DNA of 63,476 nucleotides, filler included, from Octopus bimaculoides (GCF_001194135.2; 7 parts of 7 records of this genome joined end to end with filler, not necessarily neighbours in it); one strand, 5' to 3'. Shown: positions 22,885 to 34,856, counted from the whole stretch's first letter. Translations and numbers: made by a program. Notes: generated by a model from the letters alone, not told the origin.

Positions 22885-22925
22885 ATATTTTTGGTTATTC
22901 TTTCGTTTTTTTATTTTCAAATATT

Positions 22926-23160
22926 TTATACTTATTTCAGTCATTAGACTGCGGCCATGCTGGGGCACCGCTTTGGGGAATTTTTAGTCAAATGTATCGA
23001 CTCCAGAATTTCTTTTCTTACTTGTTTCAGTCATTGGACTACGGCCATGATGGGGCACCGCCTTGAGGAATTTCATCAACCCCGGATTTTTTTTATTTAT
23101 TTTCTTACTTGTTTGAATCATTAGACTGCGTCCATGATGGGGCACCGTCTAGAAGAACTT
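22926..23160 (-). repeat. Three tandem SINE-B 3' tails
   Basis: TTTCAGTCATT(A/G)GACT(G/A)CGGCCATG(C/A)TGGGGCACCG repeated three times at ~80-85 bp spacing. Confidence 0.85.
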
Positions 23161-23669
23161 TTACTCGCAGAAAAATCAGCATTTTAAAATTTAAATTTTA
23201 AATCTTTTGCTTTCTTCCTTCTGCACTTAGAGATTAATGAGAATGAGCTAACCTTTTGAACTTTCTCCGCTAGTTAAAGGTCTAACAGAATTATGGCACC
23301 GAAGGCTAGTCGTTCGACACATTTCATTAAGTAAGTGCTTTTCCTTTTGTTAGAATTCAGGCAGTATGTATATTAAGTAGTAAAGAGTTATTCTATTATA
23401 CTTATTTATTTTCTATTGAATATATTTTTGTTTACTTAAAAATTAGAATTTTGGAAAATAAAAGCTTTTTTTATAATTACGATTTCCGTTTTTGCATGCG
23501 TGAAATTATTTTTAAAAATCCAAGAGATTTGGCTGTTATTTCTAGCATGCGGAGAGAACTTCTAGGCTTAACTTCATGCGCTGGTTGAAAATTACCTAAA
23601 AAATTTCTGGGGTTGATTCACTAAGTATTTCTCCGTCTTTACAGTTTATTTAACTATACATGTTATGAC

Positions 23670-24325
23670 CTTGATAACTTTGAAAGATTGCGGCCATTAT
23701 AGGCCCAGGCCATGTCTAACTTAATAGCACCACCTGGTGAAGTCTTTTAGTCATATATGGGGCACCATGGTCCACTCTAACAAAGAGTTAATAAGGTTGG
23801 AGACTTATCCAGGTGTAGGAGGTTGGTCCGAGATTTTTTGAAGAAATTTTTCCAGTGAACATTTCAATTTTATGGGATCCGTTTCTGTTTTGACGTATTT
23901 TGGTATGGTTTTACAGAGAGCTGGACCGGTTGAGGTGAAGTAATTGTGACGTAATGTTGCAATGTGTACCGAGTTCGATTTTTGTAGTGGGCTGATAGCA
24001 ACGGGACCAAGTCTTGAATGGATTTTAAAACTGTTGCCAACATCATTTGTGCAATATTGATGGAATATTTTCCACATTACACAAATGATGTAGCAATGTG
24101 AGAGAGTAGAAATTAAGTCTTTTTAGTCGACCCCCGTAGTCAATGCCTGTCATGCCGTCTATCTTTCTTGTTATTGACCTCTGGAGTGCTTCTACTTTCA
24201 TAATGAGTTGTTCTGTATGGGGGACCACAGTGGGCAACAGTATTCAAGGTGGGGTCGGGCAAAAGTAGAGTAGAGAAGGTGGATGGTGTAGGCATCTCTA
24301 GACTGGAAATTTCTCAGAATCCATA
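23670..24325 (-). mobile_element. CR1-clade LINE, 3' end of ORF2 plus 3' UTR (pseudogenised)
   Basis: WILRNFQSRDAYTIHLLYSTFARPHLEYCCPLWSP, then with frameshifts KVEALQRSITRKIDGMTGIDY..RLKRLNFYSL and WKIFHQYC...YFTSTGPALCKTIP...KFLQKISDQPPTPG; typical CR1 'RPHLEY...WSP' C-terminus. Confidence 0.9.
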
Positions 24326-24633
24326 CTTTATAATTCTTCTAACCTCTCTTTAATTGAACCCTAAATTAATAATTTATGCTACCCTACCACTGACCACTCT
24401 ACTCCCCCACCACTAACATCATAAATATCTTCATTATTGCTCAAGCATGTTTATTTGATTAATGAGTAATTGTCAAGTTATCTATTCAATGTTTTTTTTT
24501 GTTCATTTTCAATTGTTGCCGGTGAATAGCGTCTGGTGGTCAAATAAATTCTCACCCATCAGACGAATTTCGGTAGCAGTGGAACTCTTTGCACTGACCA
24601 ACCACAGGTATACGCCAAGATAAATCGATTATC

Positions 24634-26300
24634 TATGTTCTTCTTCTTCTTCTCCTCCTCCTCCTCTTCCTCCTTCTCCTTACTTTATTCTTCTTCTTCC
24701 TCCTCCTCTTCCTCCTTCTCCTTCACCTTATTCTTCTTCTTCCTCCTCCTCCCCTTCCTCCTCCTCCCCTTCCTCCTTCTCCTTCACCTTATTCGTCTTC
24801 TTCTTCCTCCTCCTCCCCTTCCTCCTCCTCCCCTTCCTCCTTCTCCTTCACCTTATTCGTCTTCTTCTTCCTNNNNNNNNNNNNNNNNNNNNNNNNNNNN
24901 NNNNNNNNNNNNNNNNNNNNNNNNNNNNNNNNNNNNNNNNNNNNNNNNNNNNNNNNNNNNNNNNNNNNNNNNNNNNNNNNNNNNNNNNNNNNNNNNNNNN
25001 NNNNNNNNNNNNNNNNNNNNNNNNNNNNNNNNNNNNNNNNNNNNNNNNNNNNNNNNNNNNNNNNNNNNNNNNNNNNNNNNNNNNNNNNNNNNNNNNNNNN
25101 NNNNNNNNNNNNNNNNNNNNNNNNNNNNNNNNNNNNNNNNNNNNNNNNNNNNNNNNNNNNNNNNNNNNNNNNNNNNNNNNNNNNNNNNNNNNNNNNNNNN
25201 NNNNNNNNNNNNNNNNNNNNNNNNNNNNNNNNNNNNNNNNNNNNNNNNNNNNNNNNNNNNNNNNNNNNNNNNNNNNNNNNNNNNNNNNNNNNNNNNNNNN
25301 NNNNNNNNNNNNNNNNNNNNNNNNNNNNNNNNNNNNNNNNNNNNNNNNNNNNNNNNNNNNNNNNNNNNNNNNNNNNNNNNNNNNNNNNNNNNNNNNNNNN
25401 NNNNNNNNNNNNNNNNNNNNNNNNNNNNNNNNNNNNNNNNNNNNNNNNNNNNNNNNNNNNNNNNNNNNNNNNNNNNNNNNNNNNNNNNNNNNNNNNNNNN
25501 NNNNNNNNNNNNNNNNNNNNNNNNNNNNNNNNNNNNNNNNNNNNNNNNNNNNNNNNNNNNNNNNNNNNNNNNNNNNNNNNNNNNNNNNNNNNNNNNNNNN
25601 NNNNNNNNNNNNNNNNNNNNNNNNNNNNNNNNNNNNNNNNNNNNNNNNNNNNNNNNNNNNNNNNNNNNNNNNNNNNNNNNNNNNNNNNNNNNNNNNNNNN
25701 NNNNNNNNNNNNNNNNNNNNNNNNNNNNNNNNNNNNNNNNNNNNNNNTTCCTCATTCTCCTTCACTTTCTTCTTCTTCTTCTTCTTCTTCTTCTTCTTCT
25801 TCTTCCCCCTCCTCCTCCCCTCCTCCTTCTCCTTCACATTCTTCTACTTCTTCTTCCTCTTCCTCCTCATCTTCCTCATTCTCCTTCACTTTCTTCTTCT
25901 TCTTCTTCCTCCCCCTCCTCTTCCTCCTTCTCCTTCTACTTCTCCTTCCTCTTTCTCCTCCTATTCCTCCTTCTCCTTCACCTTCTTCTTCTTCTTCCTC
26001 TTCCACCTCCTCTTCCTCCTATCTTCTTCCTCCTTCTCCTTCACCTTCTTCTTCTTCCTCCTCCTCCTCCTCCTATCTTCCTTCTTCTTCTTCTTCTTCT
26101 CCTTCTTCTTCCTTGTTTTCCTCTTCCTCCTCCTCTTCCTCCTATCTTCTTCCTCCTTCTCCTTCACCTTCTTCTTCCTCCTCCTCCTCCTCCTCCTCCC
26201 CTATCTTCCTTCTTCTTCTTCTTCTTCTTCTTCTTCTCCTTCTTCTTCTTCTTCCTTGTTTTCCTCTTCCTCCTTCTTTTCCTTCATCTTCTTTTGCGTA
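24634..26300. repeat. >1.6-kb (TCC/TTC)n homopurine-homopyrimidine tract with higher-order units
   Basis: Almost purely C/T on the + strand; recurring CTCCTTCACCTT(A/C)TTC landmark every ~60-65 bp; central gap. Confidence 0.95.
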
Positions 26301-26599
26301 TCATTCCTCTTGATTCCCCACCCCCAACATAATCTTTACCCCACTTACTCATCCCATATCCACACCTTCACAGATCTTTTCCTGCTTTGTTTTTTAGCAC
26401 AAAATAAACCCACCCCCTCAAAAAAAACAAGGTCTGGAAGACGCACAATGTGACAACACAGCTTTGATGTAAGTTTGATGAAGTGCCTCTCTAATATCCA
26501 AAAGTGCAAACATTACGTAAAGTTTCATTGGAAATTTAACGTAAACTGGGGTTGAAGAATTTCACTGGAAAAGTAGATATAAGATTGCCAGGTTTTTGT

Positions 26600-26835
26600 C
26601 TCTCTCATCAGGGTCAGTAGCTATCGAACGCCGACGAAGGGAAATAACCCTGAAATCCGGATCCGTTCGTGCTGCAGATCATGGTGAGAGGGATAACTTC
26701 CCTTGGCAAACAGGACACAGTCGTGTGTCGATAAGCCAGCTGGAGGAGATGTCCTCCTGGGGCTAAAGGCAACAGTAACATCCACCCCTAGGGGTCAGCC
26801 ACACTTAAGTGGCAATATACTACACTGTATCGTGC
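26600..26835 (+). mobile_element. Compact structured repeat: hammerhead followed by four-hairpin motif
   Basis: The 3' half is homologous to 33322-33431, 33478-33587, 56640-56745 and 63346-63476. Confidence 0.6.
26625..26669 (+). ncRNA. Type I hammerhead-like motif 3 (all stems perfect; U4C)
   Basis: CGAACG-CCGACGA-AGGG-AAATAA-CCCT-GAAA-TCCGGA-TC-CGTTCG: stem I 6 bp, stem II 4 bp, stem III palindrome AUCCGGAU, AUC triplet. Predicted cut between 26663 and 26664. Confidence 0.7.
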
Positions 26836-27283
26836 AGTTACTGTTAATACTTCATTTAGAGAATTAACATTGCTTATATATATATANNNNNNNNNNNNNN
26901 NNNNNNNNNNNNNNNNNNNNNNNNNNNNNNNNNNNNNNNNNNNNNNNNNNNNNNNNNNNNNNNNNNNNNNNNNNNNNNNNNNNNNNNNNNNNNNNNNNNN
27001 NNNNNNNNNNNNNNNNNNNNNNNNNNNNNNNNNNNNNNNNNNNNNNNNNNNNNNNNNNNNNNNNNNNNNNNNNNNNNNNNNNNNNNNNNNNNNNNNNNNN
27101 NNNNNNNNNNNNNNNNNNNNNNNNNNNNNNNNNNNNNNNNNNNNNNNNNNNNNNNNNNNNNNNNNNNNNNNNNNNNNNNNNNNNNNNNNNNNNNNACGCA
27201 CACACACGCACGCACACACACGCACGCACACACACGTGCACACACACGCACAACGAAAGCACGTACGCGCGCACACACACACT

Positions 27284-27314
<31 letters not shown>

Positions 27315-27370
27315 ACACAGACACATACACACATATACACACACACGCGCACACACACACACAAACACAC

Positions 27371-27423
<53 letters not shown>

Positions 27424-27613
27424 AAAGCATACATACATACATACATACGTACATACATACATTACATGCAAGATGGTCTCCCCTGCTATGATTGTATCGA
27501 CAGTAAGATTGACAACGACGTTGTAGTTTTGGGTGGTTTTGGCGGCGGCGCTTGTCTAAGTAGTGGGTAGTGGCAGCAGTGGTTGCGGCGGCGGCTCCGG
27601 CAATGGCGATGGT

Positions 27614-27644
<31 letters not shown>

Positions 27645-28116
27645 GTGATGGTGGTGGTGGAGGTGGTGGATCTGGCGAAATTATAGTAACGGTTGTAGTT
27701 TTGGTGGTTATGCTTAGAGGTAGCTGTGGTAATTTTGGCTATAGTGGTTTACATTCATGGATGTTATGAAAGTGGGTTTCAGGAATAATATACATGTGGG
27801 GCTTACTTGATAGAAGCAGCTGGGCTGATAAAAACGCGCCAGGGCTGATACCTTTTTTTATTTTTCCGGCACAGATGGCATGGTAACCGGTGAACAGCAG
27901 GCTTTCTCCACAAACCAGACCCCTCCTCCAACATTATCCTTTATTAAATTTATTTACTGTGATTATATATTTTATATAGTGTTTTTTTCTTTACCCCTCT
28001 GTTTTAATAGTCACGAATTTTCAAATTTCCTTTTTTTTTTGCGGCTTAGTTGTGTACAATACACACACACACACACACACACACATGTATATATGTATAC
28101 GTTTATGTATATTTAA

Positions 28117-28187
<71 letters not shown>

Positions 28188-28356
28188 TATATTTATATAT
28201 TCATATATATAAGTATATATTTATATGTATATGTATTTATGCATACGTATGTATATATGTATGTAAGTAGATGTAAGTGCGTGTGTGGAAAGACAGGGAA
28301 AAGAGAGAGGGGGAGAGAGAGAGAAAGAGAAAGAGAGAGAAAGAGAAAGCGAGAGA

Positions 28357-28388
<32 letters not shown>

Positions 28389-28834
28389 TTGCACGTACAT
28401 GCTTTCCACATAATTTCAATACGGCGCAAGTTGCAAAACCACATTGTTTACTAACGAGATCGAGGCTAAATTATATGTTTATGGAAAACAGATATACATT
28501 ATAAAAAAATAAGCAAATAAAAAAGCAAGTGTGGGGCTGTGTGGAACCACATTGTCAGCGCATGGGCTGAAAATTAGACAGACTAGTTTAGATCTAACAG
28601 ATTTTGTAGTAACAATAAATAAGATGATAATAGTCTTTTGGAGGACAAAAGATGGCTATTCTTTCTATGTTGAATATCTCACAGCGTAATCATTTTCTTA
28701 CCTTTTTCTGCTCACATGGACATAAAAACAGTTGCGTATTTACTTTCTATAATGAAACTAAACTGTGTGCTAATTAATAAAATATGTTCATAAGCGCAGG
28801 CATGGCTGTATGGTAAGAGGGTTGTTCCTCAATC

Positions 28835-29770
28835 ACCAGAAAACATTCAATTCTCTTTAAGAGTTGCCCTCGGACACCAAAGTTGGATAGTTTTTTCTAT
28901 AGGATCCTGTGCTCAACCTTGTCGAAGGCCTTGCTGAAGTCATGATGGTATCTACATTGGCACCTTCTCCCAGAACCTTTAAGATGTCAGCAAAGTAATG
29001 CGGGCGCAGTGATAGGCAGTCTCTGTTATTGCGGAAACCATGTTGGTTGAGAATAAGTAGATCGATACTTACACAAAATCTCACCGCTTTGATGATATGA
29101 GATGTCAATGAGGTCAGTCGGTAAATCACTGCACCCGAGTTGTTGCCCTTTGTGAAAACTGTTATCGGGAATATAACCAGCGTCCAGGGTTTTCCTCCAG
29201 AAAAGGCGGCGAGCTGGCAGAAACGTTAGTACGCCGGGCGAAATGCTCAGCGGTATTTCGTCTGCCGTTACGTTCTGAGTTCAAATTCCGCCGAGGTCGA
29301 CTTTGCCTTTCATCCTTTCTGGGTCGATAAATTAAGTACCAGTTACGCATTGGGATCGATGTAATCGACTTAATCCCTTTGTCTGTCCTTGTTTGTCCCC
29401 TCTACGTTTAGCCTCTTGTGGGCAATAAAGAAATAAGAAAATAACGAAAAGTAACACCAGTTGAATTCGGATCTCCAACGGGGAACCTGTTGGAGTCTGT
29501 AACTGTGTTGGATATAATTTTTTTAACTGTTACTATGATATCCAAGGCGCCATATGAGATATTGGAAAGTATGTGCTTGGGATTTGTTTCATCGATGCTC
29601 TCAGGATTAACTATTTTGCGATTGCTGAAAATGGAGAGGAATACTTCTGCAAAATCTCAGCCATGTCTTCTGCACCACTATACAGAGTGATGTCTTCGTG
29701 TATCAGAGGTCCAAGAGATGAAACAGCAACATTATGCTTTTTTAGCGAATGAGAAGAACGCTTTGGGTTT
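28835..29770 (-). mobile_element. CR1-clade LINE ORF2 fragment (pre-RT linker and RT N-terminus), interrupted by a SINE
   Basis: SSLGPLIHEDITLYSGAEDMAEILQKYSSPFS...; after the SINE, IYRLTSLTSHIIK...NQHGFRNNRDCL...ILKVLGEGANVDTI, then frameshifted DFSKAFDKVEHRIL*KKLSNFGVRGQLLKRIECFL. Confidence 0.85.
29205..29440 (+). mobile_element. Young SINE family A, full length
   Basis: GGCGGCGAGCTGGCAGAAACGTTAG...GAGTTCAAATTCC...TTGTGGGCAATAAAGAAATAAGAAA; nearly the reverse complement of 32704-32940. Confidence 0.9.
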
Positions 29771-30059
29771 CTGCGTATATGTGTGCATGTATCTACATAC
29801 ATACATACATACATACATACATACATTACGTCATCTCTGAAACATTTAAAAACACAAAACGAACGCCGTCACCACACACTGTCTCTTTCACTCTCTCTCT
29901 CTTTCTCTCTCAATTTCTTTCTCACTCTCTCATTCTCTCTTACTTCCTCTCTGTCCTCTCTCTTGCTTTGCTACTTCTTTGAAGTAAGTGTGACCACACA
30001 TCAGGTACATACAAAAACAAAAAGTTAGCGTATTAATATTATTGATATACGTGACACTC

Positions 30060-30315
30060 CATCGGTTCCAACGAGGGTTCCAATAGATCCGATCAACAGA
30101 ACAGCCTATCCGTGAAATTGACGTACAAGTGGATGAGCATTCCAGACATACGTGCCCTTAACGCTGTTCTCAAGGAGATTCGGCGCGACAAGACTGGTCC
30201 TTTGAGCTACATGTACTACTCATTTTTGCCAGATGGGTTAATTGGAGCAACGTGAAATATAGTGTCGTGCTCAAGAACACAACGGATCGCCGGGAATTGA
30301 ACTCACGACCTTACG
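30060..30315 (-). mobile_element. SINE with family-C-like core and family-D-like tail
   Basis: GAGTTCAATTCCCGG B box, TTGAGCACGACAC core, and tail matching 59289-59400. Similar degenerate copy at 51690-51905. Confidence 0.7.
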
Positions 30316-30531
30316 TTTTTAACTGTTACTATGATATCCATTCTTACACACACACATACACACATCCTTAGACATAAAATATATACATTTTTATATGTGC
30401 GTGTGTATACGTGTATATGTTGTACACACGAGCACACACAGACGTAAACACGCATATATACATACATTTATAGATGTATATATTTGTGTTTATATATGTG
30501 TATAAATGTGTGTATATAAATGTAAGCATAT

Positions 30532-30602
<71 letters not shown>

Positions 30603-30606
30603 GTCA

Positions 30607-30705
30607 TGAGGTCTGATCAATAAGTATCCGGACTGTTTCCATAGTAACAAAGCTGAAACACGCCGAGAGAATCTTCTAGGCAAAGATTGCCTTTGAACTC
30701 TTCTT
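30607..30705 (+). mobile_element. mariner left-end remnant
   Basis: GAGGTCTGATCAATAAGTATCCGGACTGTT, the same TIR as 50478-51309. Confidence 0.8.
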
Positions 30706-31204
30706 TTTTTCATATTGTTACAAGTTTACCTTTTGATATTTCTAATATTATAAAGGGTATTTTGTTTGTACTTATTTTTCACAGTATGTTCTATTTATAT
30801 ATTTCGGATATCAGTATAAAGGGGAAATGGCGGGTAGTAACAGTTATCACATTCCTTGTTCGGTATATCTACTTCAACTGCCCAGTGGGCTCTGAATTGC
30901 TGGCAGTAAGAACAACAAGGCCAGTAGACTATCTATCCTGATATTCTTGAGCCGTAGTAGTCAACGTGATTTAATGAAGGGATTTAATGAACACAATGGG
31001 AAGAGAAGCGAAATTTGTAACGAGGAGATAAAAGTGAAGCGAGTGGCATAGAGAAAAGGGAGATCAGAAGTATATTAAGGAGCTCAATAAATCTCAACTG
31101 CTTTCGGCCGTTACACGGTTTATTTAAATGCTTACTGAACTTTTGAATCATCTCCTGTCTGTAGTACTTTAAACACGTAGACTGCGAACTGCTCTCGTAA
31201 AAAA

Positions 31205-31255
31205 TCATCATCATCGCCGTCTTTCTCATTATCCACTTCGTCGTCGTCGTCTTCG

Positions 31256-31334
<79 letters not shown>

Positions 31335-31395
31335 CATCATCATCATCGTCCTCATCGTTGTCATCATCATCATCGTCATCATCACAGTCATCAAC
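31205..31395. repeat. (CAT)n/(CGT)n compound microsatellite
   Basis: Direct reading. Confidence 0.95.
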
Positions 31396-31672
31396 GTTAC
31401 TACGTTCTCAATAGCTATCAATGTTATTATCGTCACTTGCATAATAATCGGGGTACATGCCAACCGAAGAGTCTATACGTGGGTGTATTTGTACAGCAAG
31501 ACTTAAAAATGTAAATTTTTGTATATATTTGTGTGTGCGCGCGTGCGCATGTGTGTATTTGTGTGTATGTATGGGTGTGCGTGTGTTTGCATGCGTGAGC
31601 ATGTACATAGTACGCATACATGTATACATGTATATAACTATATATATATAGATAGATATATATATATATATG

Positions 31673-31706
<34 letters not shown>

Positions 31707-32504
31707 NNNNNNNNNNNNNNNNNNNNNNNNNNNNNNNNNNNNNNNNNNNNNNNNNNNNNNNNNNNNNNNNNNNNNNNNNNNNNNNNNNNNNNNNNNNNNN
31801 NNNNNNNNNNNNNNNNNNNNNNNNNNNNNNNNNNNNNNNNNNNNNNNNNNNNNNNNNNNNNNNNNNNNNNNNNNNNNNNNNNNNNNNNNNNNNNNNNNNN
31901 NNNNNNNNNNNNNNNNNNNNNNNNNNNNNNNNNNNNNNNNNNNNNNNNNNNNNNNNNNNNNNNNNNNNNNNNNNNNNNNNNNNNNNNNNNNNNNNNNNNN
32001 NNNNNNNNNNNNNNNNNNNNNNNNNNNNNNNNNNNNNNNNNNNNNNNNNNNNNNNNNNNNNNNNNNNNNNNNNNNNNNNNNNNNNNNNNNNNNNNNNNNN
32101 NNTACTTCTCTTCCTTATGCCTCTCACCCTTTCACTCACAACTCTTCCGTTGTTTGACTCTCTTTTCAATCACTTAATCATTCCCTTTTTCCACCACCAC
32201 CACCACCACCACCACCGCCGCCGCTACCACCACCATGCACGCCATATTAGTCTCCCCCACACCCCGCCACCGACACTAAACACATTTGTGAACAACTGAA
32301 ACGTTTTATGAAGGGTCCTTCCCGAAATGATGATACCCTCCTACACACAAGTTACACAAAAATAGGCCCCCCCCTAGGTATACCGTCTCCAACAAACCAG
32401 CAAACCAGCTGATCAGCTATTGCTGATTTATGTTAGAGTACACCAAATACATAATTATCCCACTTACAAATAAAGCTACCTTATAATACAAACAATTGTC
32501 AAAA

Positions 32505-34500
32505 ATAATGGCTTCAAATTTTGACACAAGGTCGGCTATTTCTGGGTACTGGCTAAATCGATTACATCGATACTGGTGATCGATTGATACTTATATTACC
32601 GACTCTGAAAGGATGACAGGAAAAATGGGTCTCGGTGGAATTTGAACTCAGAACGTTAAAACGGGTGAAATGCCTTTAAGCATTTTATTCGGTGTGTTAA
32701 AAATTCTTATTTCTTTATTGCCCACAAGGGGCTAAACGTAGAGGGGACAAACAAGGACAGACAAGGGAATTAAGTCGATTACATCGACTCCAGTGCGTAA
32801 CTGGTACTTATTTAATCGACCCGGAAAGGATCAAAGGCAAAGCCGACCTCGGCGGAATTTGAACTCAGAACGTAACGGCAGACGAAATACCGCTAAGTAT
32901 TTCGCCCGGCGTGCTAACGTTTCTGCCAGCTCGCTGCCTCTAAGGTTCTGTTAAAGATTCTGCCAGTTCGCTGGCTTATAATTATCTAAAATAACCNNNN
33001 NNNNNNAGGCCTAAAATCTGGGGGGGTGGGGATCGGGGGACAGTTGTTTACATCGATCCCAGTATTCAACTGGTACTTATTTCATCCTTTTCAACTCTAG
33101 GCACAAGGTTCGAAATTTTGGGGGAGCGGGCCAGTCGATTACATCGACCCAAGTACGCAACTGGTATGTAATTTATCAACCCTGAAAGGATGAAAGGCAA
33201 AGTTGGCCACAGCGGAATTTGATCTTAGAACGTTAAGACATGACATGCCGCTAAGCATTTTGCCCGGCCTGCTAAAGATTCTGCCAGCTCGCTGTCTCAT
33301 AATTATCTAAAATAATTTTTTTAAAGTGATAGTATGTTGTCAACTTAATGTGACAGTCCCATGAAAGGGAAGAATGCTACTGCTATTTAGCCCTAGGAAA
33401 CACCGTTTCCTGTTGGCCTTGACACATTTCCCGTGTCCTTATGTTTTCAAAGGAGAGATAAGCACCTCCAACCAACAGGAAATGTGTCAAGGCCAACAGG
33501 AAATGGTGTTTCCTAGGGCTAAATAACAGTAGCATTCTTCTCTTTTATGGGACTGTCACATTAAGTTGACAACATACCATCACTTTATCGTGCTGCAACT
33601 GTATAAATCTCTCTGAAAGATTTAGAAATGTATTATTTCTAATTCTTTTTACTAAAGGCATCAGACCTGAAATTTTGTTGGTGGTGAGAGGGGAGAGGTG
33701 ATTACATTGAACCCCCAGCACTCAACTGGTACTTATATTATCGACCCCGAAAGGATGAAAGGCAAAGTCGGCCTCGGTGGAATTTGAGCTCAGAACATTA
33801 AAACGGATGATTTTGCCCGGCCTGCTAAAGATTCCACCAGCTCGCTGCCTTATAATTGTCGCTAATAATAACAAGTCTTGCAAATTTTGGTACAAGGTCA
33901 GAAGTTTTAGGTTGTCGTGGATAGTCGACCTCAGTACTTGAATGGTCCTTAATTTTGTCGAAGCGAAAGATTATTGGAATATAAACTCAATTTGAACCCG
34001 AAGAAATGCTACCAAGCAATTTATCCGTCTCACTAATGATTCTGCCATCTTGCCGGTTTTAATTGCTTGAAATTTTGGCACATGGCTAGAAATTTCAGTG
34101 GGAAGGCGATATTTGACACGAGAGCAGGGAATAGAAAGAGCATGGTAGAGTGGTTAGGGTGTTGCAATACCGTTTGCAAGATCGGTGCACCGTGATCTTG
34201 AACAAAAACGGCTTTATTTCATGTTACTCCAGTTTACTCAGCTGTAATGAATGGACTGACGTAATACGACGGACTGGTCTCCAGTTCTGAGAGAATGTTG
34301 CAGCTATAGGTCATGAAACCAACCCTATGAGTCATGGAAGGCGAGACAGTAATACCCAGGGGATGATGATGATGATGATGGTCGATTACATTACTCCTAG
34401 TATCTTAGTGGCACTTTGTTTTATCGACCTCGAAAAGATGAAAGGTAAAGTTGAGCTCGACGTGAATTGATTTCTGAATGTAAAGTGCCGGTACAAATGC
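32505..34500 (-). mobile_element. Array of at least six co-oriented SINE-A copies/fragments, including a young copy at 32704-32940
   Basis: Repeated ATCGAYCCC...ACTGGTACTTA...GAAAGGATGAAAGGCAAAG...GAATTTGA(A/G)CTCAGAAC...GATTCTGCCAGCTCGC blocks near 32560, 32780, 33140, 33710, 33920 and 34385. Confidence 0.85.
33322..33587. repeat. Foldback: 110-bp arms, 46-nt loop
   Basis: Arms 33322-33431 and 33478-33587 differ at 5 positions, all transitions. Confidence 0.95.
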
Positions 34501-34537
34501 TACGCGTATGATGATGATGATGATGAATAACAATAGC

Positions 34538-34614
<77 letters not shown>

Positions 34615-34798
34615 CCAGGACTTACAACTATATACAACATACAGAAAATCGCACTCCTGGGCACTGCGCACATCCTACGCAAAACACTTTCAATAAAGTA
34701 ACCATAAGAGCATCACAGCAAACTACAACACATACCCAAGGCACACAGGGCTGCGCTCGGTAGTGAAGTGAAAGCACGTTTTAAAAATAAAACTATTG
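34615..34798 (+). mobile_element. R4/Dong-like element 3' end inside (AAT)n
   Basis: PGLTTIYNIQKIALLGTAHILRKTLSIK* (34615-34701) matches the typical '.QK.ALLGTA.ILR' C-terminus of RLE elements; short 3' UTR; (AAT)n on both sides. Confidence 0.85.
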
Positions 34799-34823
34799 AA
34801 TAATAATAATAATAAAAATAATG

Positions 34824-34854
<31 letters not shown>

Positions 34855-34856
<2 letters not shown>

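Noticed and set aside
26713-26830. HDV-like, twister or pistol ribozyme assignment for the GGCTAA/GTTAAATAG-containing motif
   Set aside because: I could not find the required P1/P2/P3 nested pseudoknot or the T1/T2 pairings on either strand by eye; left unassigned.
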